Of a stretch of 37,439 bases of DNA, positions 20,049-28,800 are shown piece after piece; the stretch's first letter is position 1, and each line of letters begins with the position of its first letter. The position numbers were made by a program, and so were the translations under genes. The DNA is taken from positions 1-37,439 of the forward strand of contig JBKHIT010000051.1 in assembly GCA_046538485.1 (NCBI GenBank). The letters run 5' to 3'. Origin of the DNA: Candidatus Brocadiia bacterium. GTDB lineage: Bacteria > Planctomycetota > Brocadiia > SM23-32. The notes under the pieces are model-generated. The model ran no database searches, was not told where the DNA came from, and saw only the letters and a program-made list of their open reading frames with translations.

Positions 20049-21032
20049 ATGGCCGAAGAACTGGCACGCGTTCTGCACGTCCTTCAAATATCTCTGCCAA
20101 TATTCGCCCTCATCGGCCTGGGAACCGTGCTGCGCCGTGTGGGCATGGTCGGACCACAAATTCAAGGTTTCCTCAGCAGTTTTGTCTATCGTATCTGTCT
20201 GCCCGTTATCATTTTTTTTGCCATTGCGCCCGAAGACTTTGGGAATATGCTCAACGGCGCCGTTATCGGCGCGACGTTGACGGGGGCAGCTTTGACCGCC
20301 GTCATATTCTGGCTTCTGAGCATCCGGATTCCGGATCGCGCGCGTGCCCCGCTGGTGGTCAGCACGTTTTTCGCCAACACGGCCTTCATCGGATTCCCCC
20401 TCGTGCAGAGCGCATATCCCGAAGACGGTATGATGTACGCCAGCATCATCAATGCCGTTGCCATGCCCATCTACTACATAGCCAGTGTACTCCTGCTGGA
20501 GAAAGGTGAAGAGGAGCACGGCCGGATCAAATCAGCCGCCATCGCTGCATTGAAAAATCCTGTGTTGCTCGCCGCCGTCGCTGGCCTCATTGCATCCGCC
20601 CTCCTGCATGAAATCGGCCTCTTGAAGACAGCCCAAAACTGGCCTGTGGTGCCCGAAGCGACCGGCATCATCATGGATACCGCCGGGATGATCGGGAAAA
20701 TGGGACTGCCGCTGGCCCTGATAACTGTCGGGGCGTCCTTGAAATTCAGCTATCTGCGCAGCCACCTGAACTGGATGTCCATGGGATGCGCAGGCAAACT
20801 ACTGGTGGCGCCCTTTCTGGGGCACGTGATCTGTCTGATAGTGTTCCCCGACATGCAGCGAGCGGCCCTCGGTAGCACGGTGCTGCTGCTGGGATGTCCG
20901 ATGGCGGTGGGTATCTACATCATAAGCCGCGAGATGGACGTAAACGACGATTACATGGCCGGAGCTCTCGTGCTGAGCACAGTCCTGGCCGCCGCAAGCA
21001 TAACGTTCTGGTTGTACGTGCTTGGTGTATAA
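20049..21032 (+). CDS. AEC (auxin efflux carrier) family transporter
   Basis: LPIFALIGLG, FANTAFIGFP, KNPVL, PLALITVGASL, KLLVAP motifs; AAGGA RBS. Confidence 0.92.
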   Translation: MAEELARVLHVLQISLPIFALIGLGTVLRRVGMVGPQIQGFLSSFVYRICLPVIIFFAIAPEDFGNMLNGAVIGATLTGAALTAVIFWLLSIRIPDRARAPLVVSTFFANTAFIGFPLVQSAYPEDGMMYASIINAVAMPIYYIASVLLLEKGEEEHGRIKSAAIAALKNPVLLAAVAGLIASALLHEIGLLKTAQNWPVVPEATGIIMDTAGMIGKMGLPLALITVGASLKFSYLRSHLNWMSMGCAGKLLVAPFLGHVICLIVFPDMQRAALGSTVLLLGCPMAVGIYIISREMDVNDDYMAGALVLSTVLAAASITFWLYVLGV

Positions 21033-21171
21033 AAAGTCATCCGGGCTTTGAGAAACCACATGTTAGGCGCCGTCCGGACGCCGTAGCGTTAGCTGACTCC
21101 TTTCAGGCTCCTGTCGTCTGGCGAAAATGCGTGGCCCCGGACCTAACTGGCCCGGCCGTCATTCTTGATGC
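21031..21171 (-). ncRNA. Candidate structured non-coding RNA (unassigned family)
   Basis: Nested stems CCGGGC/GCCCGG (21041-46/21150-55), GTTAGG/CCTAAC (21062-67/21142-47), TCCGG/CCGGA (21073-77/21137-41); upstream minus-strand promoter and a T5 run at the 3' end. Strand not certain. Confidence 0.4.
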
Positions 21172-21177
21172 GCGACG

Positions 21178-21206
21178 ATATTAGCTGTTCATGTGTATAG
21201 TGTCAA
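21178..21206 (-). promoter_or_regulatory. Putative sigma70 promoter facing the candidate ncRNA
   Basis: Minus strand TTGACA (21206-21201), 17 bp, TAATAT (21183-21178). Confidence 0.55.
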
Positions 21207-21338
21207 GTCTTTTTTGACGGGAGCTCAGGGGTTTTTTGGGGAAGTTCTTTGCAGATAATGCTTTGCGGAGGACAGAAATATTTTCTTCTTTGCGATCAGG
21301 AATCGGCGAATTCGTGACACGATCAGTTCGCCGCATTA

Positions 21339-21442
21339 TTTAGCGCCATTTTTCACGGGGTAAAAAGCCCCTTTAACGCCATATACGCACCCCTGTTTTG
21401 TCGTAACCACTTACTCAGAATGCCGATATCGTGGTCCGACCC
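21339..21442 (+). repeat. Element-end motif copy A (about 105 bp, ends TGGTCCGACCC)
   Basis: Same spacing of YTTA, TAA, TTTTGTC and TGGT boxes as the copies at 23152, 25571 and 22912 (minus). Confidence 0.75.
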
Positions 21443-21450
21443 AATAGTGT

Positions 21451-21727
21451 GCACGTGGGATTCCATGATCTCAGCGATCACTTCGTCCTTTTTGGCGAGC
21501 TTTTTCTTCAGCGCCGAGACTTTTCTTTTGAGCTTTCTTTCCCGGCTGCCGTTTTTAGTCTCGAATGCGGCTGCTCCCTGCTCAAAAAAACGTTTCTGCC
21601 AGCGGTAGAAAAGATTGGGATTCAGATCGTACTCGTCGCAGATATCAGAGACCGTTTCGTTCTCCAGCAGGTGTCGCCGGAGGATTTCGACTTTCTTTTT
21701 TCCAGAGAAGTTTCTGCGCTTGGCCAT
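21451..21727 (-). mobile_element. IS3-family transposase OrfA (HTH) fragment
   Basis: MAKRRNFSGKKKVEILRRHLLENETVSDICDEYDLNPNLFYRWQKRFFE plus a leucine-zipper-like tail; no OrfB; truncated a few bp from motif A. Confidence 0.8.
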
Positions 21728-21997
21728 AATGCCGTGCTGCAGCCGCGCCAACATGATTGAATCAACCAGCCGATTCATGCCCCTTATTTTTGCCAGCCGA
21801 AGAACTTCTTCTTCATTTATCAGCTCCGGGTTTTTAGCCAGTAACACGACCGCCCCGTGCAAGTCGTCTGTGCGTATAGCCTCCCTTATCTCTTCTAATT
21901 GATTGTCTGCTGAATCAGCGGCATACAGGCTCAAACAGACATGCACGAACAGTATGAGAGTAAGAAGAAGGTCTCTACAATTCCGTGATGTAGACAT
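21728..21997 (-). pseudogene. 5' part of a putative exported immunity protein (ankyrin-like start), interrupted by the IS3 fragment
   Basis: GGGAGG RBS, ATG 2 bp after the toxin-like stop, signal peptide, IREAIRTDDL..V.LLAKNPELIN. Confidence 0.5.
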
Positions 21998-21999
21998 CT

Positions 22000-22806
22000 T
22001 TATTTCTTTACCTCCCTTTGATACCAGTATCTCAAATATAAAGCCCCGTCCCGCATTCGACGGTGATCATCCCATTTTACTCCTCCCCCGCCTGGATGGG
22101 AATAGGGACCGATTCGTTTCTGGGCGTTTATATCGGACCAAAAATCCACTTCGCTATTCACTAACTTCGGGTACATTAATGCTGTGGAGTCATCGTAATC
22201 CGCCCGGATTCCCAAAGCATGGGATATTTCGTGGGCCAAAATAGTACCCAGTTCCCGCTTAAAATACGCCCGCCCCGGAAACACTGTGCCAAATTGCATG
22301 CCGCTAACCAAAACCAAAGGCTCACGGTTTGGTATATAACCTAAGGCATATCCAGCAAAATTCTCCGTCTCACCGCCCCCTGTTAGAATTCCATAATAGA
22401 AGATAACATCCAATGTGTGCCAATAATCATCATCCACTATCTTACTCAATGTGGACCTGTGAGCGTCGTTTGAGATGTCGATTACATCCCGTAATCCTTC
22501 TGGCTCTGTCTTTTCCTCAATCTTACCTGCCACAACGATCCTCACACCAATTTGTGCAAACACCTTGTTCGCGTATGAGATAGCATTATTGATCAATGCG
22601 GGGTCAACTTTCCTAGCCCTCGGTGGTATACCGTTTCTGGGATCCACAAGCGTAATTGGGCGAATCCTGAGAGTAATAGTTTCATGTTTGTGCGAACTCG
22701 GACCATTAATTACTTCCGAATTAAGACTGTCGGTTTCAGGAAGGAAAACAGGAAAGCTCTGTGAAACTGTGCCTGAGAAGCAGGAAAGGCGGACTATGTC
22801 CGGTAA
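22000..22806 (-). pseudogene. 5'-truncated metzincin-like metallopeptidase domain (probable polymorphic toxin C-terminus)
   Basis: HEISHALG and Met-turn LMYP; frame is open from the element end at 22806 to 22000 with no upstream ATG/RBS; visibly AT-richer than flanks. Confidence 0.6.
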
Positions 22807-23256
22807 GGGGGACGTACCATCGCATCTCGTTGCTCAGGATATCGTTACGTATTTTAAGGGGCCTCTCAGAGGGCTTAGAAGCGATTTTCACCCCCCTTAA
22901 ATCAACTGTAAGGCGGCGATACCTCCTGTGCGCGCCATGTGCTCTCCTCGTCCTTCTCCACCGGGGCGAGTTCAATGCGCCGCCGACCGAGCCGGCCTGT
23001 CTCATGGCAGAAATCATACGCGCATTTTACCGGCTGGGGGGCGGATTTTAAAGAATTACTGCGGGAGAACGGACAATACCACAGGGGAATGAACGTTTGA
23101 TGCCACGTCGGCGGAGATCATTTGCCAGCGGCAACGTGTGGTGAGAAACAGCTTACAAGCCGAAAACGCCCCCAAAAAACGGATTTAAGGGGCATATAGA
23201 GGGGCCTTTTTGTCACAAATGGCGGTTCGGCAGACTTTTGCTCTGGTCCGACCCCC
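22807..23256. mobile_element. 450-bp miniature Y1-HUH transposase element with terminal inverted repeats
   Basis: Ends GGGGGACGTACCA and TGGTCCGACCCCC (11/13 inverted match), each part of an about 105-bp motif; interior keeps TATGAT-ATG 23005 and a 29-codon tail (LGRRRIELAP...WRAQEVSPPYS, 22991-22902). Confidence 0.65.
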
Positions 23257-23481
23257 TATACCCCAACTACGGCAACGACCGAACGGACAGCGATCAGAGG
23301 GCAGATGTCAGTGATGGCTACGGCGGCCGGCTTTTTTCCCGTTCGCGCGGCGGGAGACCTCGGGGCGATGGTAGGGTATAAGCCCGGTGCGGAAAATATC
23401 ATCGAGTGATAACCGGGTGCAGGGGACTGATCGAACGGCGGGTCAACGATTGCGATCTTGGGTGCACTCAAAACTCACAAT

Positions 23482-24285
23482 TCAGAAGTGCCGTTTTGCT
23501 GGGAGATGCGGGACGTATTCGTTGAGCAGTATGGCGAATGCTTCCTCCACATCATAGGTAACGCCCGGCCGGAGGAGTTGTTTCACGTCATTCCGGAAAT
23601 GTCGGTCTTTCTTCTTCTCCAGCATATTGTCTTCGTAAACGTTCCCTGAAATGTCCAAACCCTGGTGCTGCATATATTCGAGAAACAGTTCGCACACCCG
23701 CTCAGGTGAGATATCTCTGTTGTTGTGAACGAACCAGAGATCAAACAAATCCCTGCCCTTATTGCGCTGATACAGCGCCCGTAACTTTGTTCCCATCAGT
23801 TCGTTCAGGGTAAATGTTGGAATCTTTTCCTGCCCTGAAAACCAGGGGTTATCCACCGACAGTTCGCGTTCCTGCACGCTTTCAATCGCAAAATGTTCCC
23901 TCGTGTTGATTTCGACCTTCAGTCGCTGCGTCCTCCCGGTATTTTCCGCCTCGTAATCGTATTTGAGGGTGATCGAACGGTGTTTTTGATCATAATCCGG
24001 CTCACCCAACCACGGATCCAGAATCTCATGGATTCTGTCAAGAGAGCCTCCGATCGGTTCCTGTGCCAGCTGAACAAGGTCGATGTCTTCGGAATAGCGC
24101 ACGGGCTCAGCGATGTGCAGCTTGTTAAGTGCCGTTCCCCCGCGCAGGAGAAAACGGTCCCGCAGGTAAGAAGTCGAAAACAATTGCAATAACGCCCTGG
24201 TGAGAACCAGGTCGTGTTCGACCTGCTGGTCCGAAGCCCATGGCGCGACGGCACGCCACGCCGTTATGTAGGCGTCCGGGATCAT
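23482..24285 (-). CDS. abiEii: Type IV TA toxin, AbiEii/AbiGii nucleotidyltransferase
   Basis: QVEHDL, LRGGTAL-K, RYSEDIDL, KVEINTRE, KLRAL-QR-KGRDLFDL; ATGA overlap with the antitoxin. Confidence 0.93.
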   Translation of the reverse strand: MIPDAYITAWRAVAPWASDQQVEHDLVLTRALLQLFSTSYLRDRFLLRGGTALNKLHIAEPVRYSEDIDLVQLAQEPIGGSLDRIHEILDPWLGEPDYDQKHRSITLKYDYEAENTGRTQRLKVEINTREHFAIESVQERELSVDNPWFSGQEKIPTFTLNELMGTKLRALYQRNKGRDLFDLWFVHNNRDISPERVCELFLEYMQHQGLDISGNVYEDNMLEKKKDRHFRNDVKQLLRPGVTYDVEEAFAILLNEYVPHLPAKRHF

Positions 24286-25085
24286 GCGTCCGGCTCCAGT
24301 TGATAGTTGACAATGACCTCCCACTTTTTGTTTCGTTCGCCGTTGCCGTAGCCCATTCCGGGATGCAGCTTCACCCGGCTGGGATTTCTCCCTGCAAGCC
24401 ACTCAGCCAGAGGCTCCACCAAAGCGCTCTTGCCAAGGAAATCCATGATGTATCCAAATCGCTGGATGATGGAGTGGTAGGGCATAAGTCTGGCGACGCG
24501 TTTGAGTTCCTTCTCGTCGAGCGTTTCCGCCAGTTCGCTCAGGATAGTGGCAATGTTGTCGAATCCTCCGGCGGCGTCCGGGAAACGAAACAGGTCATAC
24601 GCCGTGAGTTCGGGGGTAGATACATTCACCGTCCCCGTTCGGGTGTTTTTCTTTTGCTCGGGAAGGGCGTGAAGATTCTTCACAGTGTGGAACTCAACGG
24701 CCACTCGCGCCACCTCGATAGAATCCGTTTGCGTATCGGTGACGACCTGAAAGACCTGTGGTCGTTGGTGAGCGGCGCCGAAGATTCCAGCAGCCGATAG
24801 GATCCCGACATAGTAAGCCTGGTCCAGGTAGCGCATCAAGTCGTCGATGAACCATTCAGCTGGCAGACAGCCGGCTGATTGATACTCGAGGGTCACGATG
24901 ACATAGAACCCCTTTTTGAGCGCCGCAATTCGCCCTTTCCGGGAAAGTCTGCTCAGTGCCACTCGGATGGCGTCTTTGGACTGAGACAGCTTTTCATAAC
25001 ATTCGGCCGTTGAAAATGTGTACCGGCCCCGGCTTTGGAGGTAATCCACATAATCCGGGACCGACAGGTTTGCAGTTTTTTTCAT
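24282..25085 (-). CDS. abiEi: Type IV TA antitoxin, AbiEi family
   Basis: LQSRGRYTF, KGFYVIV-LEY, YYVGILSAA--FGAAHQ-PQVFQV, VSTPELTA-DL; upstream of abiEii. Confidence 0.92.
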   Translation of the reverse strand: MKKTANLSVPDYVDYLQSRGRYTFSTAECYEKLSQSKDAIRVALSRLSRKGRIAALKKGFYVIVTLEYQSAGCLPAEWFIDDLMRYLDQAYYVGILSAAGIFGAAHQRPQVFQVVTDTQTDSIEVARVAVEFHTVKNLHALPEQKKNTRTGTVNVSTPELTAYDLFRFPDAAGGFDNIATILSELAETLDEKELKRVARLMPYHSIIQRFGYIMDFLGKSALVEPLAEWLAGRNPSRVKLHPGMGYGNGERNKKWEVIVNYQLEPDA

Positions 25086-25110
25086 GTCTAACCGAGAGGT
25101 CGAGGTTCGG

Positions 25111-25164
25111 GTGACAAGCTGTTATCACATACAGCCAGTATAACGCATATCGTTCTTTTGTCAA
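25111..25164 (-). promoter_or_regulatory. abiE promoter with putative operator palindrome
   Basis: Minus strand TTGACA (25164-25159), 16 bp, TATACT (25142-25137); imperfect inverted repeat GTGACAA-gctg-TTATCAC at 25111-25128. Confidence 0.65.
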
Positions 25165-25221
25165 TATAAGATAGCAAACTGCCAAGCGCAGTTCTTGCTG
25201 GTGGAACACGTAAAGGTATCC

Positions 25222-25673
25222 GGGTCGGACCAAGCGAAGTGGTTGAGATCTGCGAGGGATGCTGAACGCAAAGAAATGACCGGCATCGTCCGAGCAAAGC
25301 TCTCTACGCAATCAACACGCGCAATAAGGTGAACATGATTCGATGTAACGCAATATCCAAAAAGCGAAACCCCGTGTCGCTCACACCCCAGTCTGAGCCA
25401 CTCCCGATAGGCATTTCTGTCCTTGACATACCGCAACAAAAACTCACTGTTCACGCACCTGTGAGTTACGTGATAGGTATATCCTGCCAACATATATCGG
25501 TTTGCTCGTGGCATGATGCTTCGCATAATACCTCAAACACTGCCAGCCCGCAAAACAACCGCCATATCGCCTTAAACGCCCATTACCCCCCCTTCAAAAC
25601 CGCTCTAACGCCCTATATGCTACCCCATTTTGTCATAACGTATTATTAACCATGCAGTTGCTATGGTGACACC
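25222..25673. mobile_element. Second miniature Y1-HUH transposase element (about 452 bp)
   Basis: Ends GGGTCGGACCA (25222-25232) and TGGTGACACC (25664-25673); full end motif at 25571-25673; contains the truncated transposase. Confidence 0.7.
25284..25514 (-). pseudogene. REP-associated-type tyrosine (Y1 HUH) transposase, N-terminal 77 codons only
   Basis: MPRANRY..G-TYHVTHRC...Y--WL...LFGYCVTSNHVHLI (HUH motif); family resemblance stops at SFARTM, before the catalytic Tyr region. Confidence 0.85.
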
Positions 25674-25877
25674 AAAAGGGTCTTGCCCACTTCACGCTCT
25701 TTTCGCCGATTCTCAATAAAACAGGTCGATCCGGTTGCTCACCGCTGTACCGTTCCATAAAGATCCTTTTGTCCTTAAAACCAGTGCCGTTCTGCCTCTC
25801 CCGGGCATATAAAGCTTTACATAGACTTTTACGCCTTTTTGATAATCTTTGATTTCTTCATCTTTAAAAGAGGGCGT

Positions 25878-28800
25878 CTATTTCTGGAGGTTTTTTTCAG
25901 TTTCGGGGATTTCTGTATCTTCTCCTGTACCTCTACCCGCAACGGCTGTGCCCGAGAGCATTTTGGGCTTGACACTGTGGATCAGAAATTGGCCCCGGGT
26001 TGTAATCCCAAATGCATTTTTGTCGGGGAGCGCCCACCCCCGTGGCATCGACAGAGACGAGAGTTTCCCCTGCCAGCAAACATATTTTTCCCCTTCGAAT
26101 TTACTCCAAATCCCGACGTTGCCCTAGCACTCTCCACAATGACATCGACGACGTAAGTTTTGTCGGTCTCTACATCGGGTGGTGACAGGGGTTCCGTGCC
26201 CTTTCCGTCCACGAAACACAGCCCAGCTTTGCTTCCATGGAAGGACAAAACTTCAAGTTTCACCTGTTGGTCCCTTGCGACAGGCAACACAAGCCCGAGA
26301 GTCTTTCGCCCTCCTATATACGAAAACTCTACCCTAAGGATATAGTTACCATGCGGGTGGACCGGTAACACAATACGTCCCTGCTGCGTGCCACCGTCTC
26401 CAAAAAAGCCCATCACGACGACGTTCCCAATTTCCAAAGACGGTGTCTTTATCAGGACTGACAAACTTGAGTAGTTCGCCTGTTTTGAATTGCCTCTCGT
26501 TCTCTTCTCCTTCGGTTTCTTCCTTATATCCAAAACTATACATGGCGGGCAGGTTTACCTTCGTGTGATCATTGGGATCATATGAAAACCTGGATGGTGG
26601 TGAGGGATAGGGAAGAGGCCCCGGTAAACCAGTGGCCAGGTTCGTCTGTGTATTCCCGGTGGCAACCAGATCAACCAGCAGCGACCCCACAGCAGGGAAA
26701 ACAGGTTGCTCCTCCAGAGTCATATGCATGAATTGTGTGGGAACGCCTGTTATTTTCTCCGAACTGCTGGAAGCAAACAGCGGCGTATCTCCACCTTCTG
26801 CTTTAACCGTCCCAGTGAAATGAATGCCGTCCCATCCCACGTAATCCACACCTTTATCGGTTGTCAACGACGTCCCCGACTTCCAGGCGGGGCCCTCGGC
26901 TCTGGATAACAGTTGGATAGTTTTGGCCCCCACATTCATTTCGCCCTGCGTGTTCAGATCGCCAATCGAAGCGGTATTGCCCGCAGAAATCCTGAGATCG
27001 CCCAGAACCGTCATCTTGTCGTTCTGCGTCATGCGCATGTCGCCGCCAGCGTCGATCTCAACGTCCGTCCCCGACACAGGGGTATAAATCATGGCGATGT
27101 CTAACGGTGTATTCTGGGCGGTGTTGAATTCGATATCCCCTGCTTGACTCAAAAGTTGGACGACACCAGAGGAAGCGGCAGAATCGGAGAGTGCAATGGT
27201 CCCCACGTAGCTCTGCTTACCCATTGTGTGGACAATGCCACCTGCGACATTGATGTGCGCGGCGGTTATGCTCATAGCATTCAGTAAATCGTTAGCACCA
27301 ACTGTGTTCCCGAACGTCACGTCACCGGCGCCTGCTTCAAGAATGAGGGGATCGTTGCTACCCGCATCATCAAGTAGACCGGCGAAAGTAACGTCATCGG
27401 CAACGCCGCCACCGCTTTGCACCGTGATTGTGTTGCCGCCGGCACGAAGACTCGTTGCACCCGCAAACCGGATCAGCCCACCGCTCCTGTATGTGGCCCC
27501 GTCAAGATGGATATTATCAGATCTTAGGTCGACTGTTCCGACGGTGTACAGATCCTGCAGCTCTGCCGTGCCCGCGCTACTTATGGTCAGTCCGCCGAGC
27601 GCCGAATTGCCTCCCACCGCGTTCTGCAGATTCACATCACCGGCCCCGGCGATCAAATCCAGCGTGTCATTGCTGTTCGGATCATCTATCAGTCCGGTGA
27701 ACGTAATGTCATCACCGGAACTGCCACCGCTCTGCACCGTGATTGTATTACCGCCCGCGTGCAAATCGGTGTTCCCGGCAAATCGAAGCGAATCCGTGGC
27801 GCTAAGATAAGTAGTCCCGTTCAGTCCAATGCCGCCCGCTGTGATATCCATCACGCCGATCACGGAGATATCATTCAGATCAGCAACGTTCGCGCTACTT
27901 ACTCTCAGCAGACCGAGCGCCGAATTGCCTCCCACCGCGTTCTGCAGGTTCACATCACCGGCCCCGGCGATCAAATCCAGCGTGTCATTGCTGTTCGGAT
28001 CATCTATCAGTCCCGTAAACGTAATGTCATCGCCTGCACCGCCACCGCTCTGCACCGTGACGGTGTTACCACCCCCGTGGAGATTAGTTGCGCCCGCAAA
28101 CCGGATCAAATCACCGAAACTATTGTAGGAAGTCCCGTTCAGGTTGATATTGGCGCCCGTGATTGACTGCGTTCCCGTTGTGGTCACATCCAGAACATCC
28201 ACCTGGTTGGCCGAGGAAACGATCAGATACTGCAGACCGTCATCATCCGCGCCTGTCTGGTTCCCGCTGCCGCCTCCGACTTCAGCCTCAAAGGTGGTGG
28301 CACCATTCGGGCTATCCACCGTTAGTCCCCAGGAGGAACTCCCGGCTGTTCCATCATCAGCGGCATCAACGAAATCATGGAACGTTATTCCGATGTTTCC
28401 GGTATCGCTGAGGGTGATATCACCATCCAGCAGCACTGGATCATTGAAGGTGATCGCCCCCCCCTGAGCAAAGATATCATTACCCAGCTCCGTCGTTCCT
28501 CCCGCATTCGTGGTGAGAGAAGCCAGCGGAGTCGTTCCGCCCATCGGGCCGTTGATGTCGGTGGTGCCGGTGCTGTTAAGCACGAGCGCGTTGTTGCCGT
28601 CCACCGCACCGTCAAGGGCGATGTTGCCGCCGGACGCATCCAGGGTCAAATTCTGGCTCAGCGCGATGCTGTCACTGAAAGAAATATCTCCATCTGTCCC
28701 GTCATTGTCGGCGTCGCTGTCGATACCAACAGCTCCGCCCGCATTCAAATCCACCGGCCCCGTGAAACTGATTGTCCCATCATCGCTGTTGTAGGAGGTG

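Noticed and set aside
21062..21147. GTTAGGC...ACCTAAC as an integron attC site
   Set aside because: The boxes are in the wrong order for attC (RYYYAAC should come first), and there is no integron integrase in the window.
21031..21171. SRP RNA, 6S RNA or c-di-AMP riboswitch identity for the structured segment
   Set aside because: Only partial word matches (CAGG..GAAAGG..CAGC, GACGGC, GTCAGCTAAC); the required conserved cores and lengths are missing.
22697..22705. Extra TGGTCCGAG on the minus strand as a sixth element end
   Set aside because: Lacks the CCC terminus and the upstream spaced boxes; lies inside the toxin reading frame.
23256..23471. 71-aa ORF next to the element end
   Set aside because: No recognisable motif in any frame; probably a scrap of former cargo.
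21339..25673. CRISPR array
   Set aside because: Repeats are long, degenerate, in both orientations and hundreds to thousands of bp apart; no cas genes.
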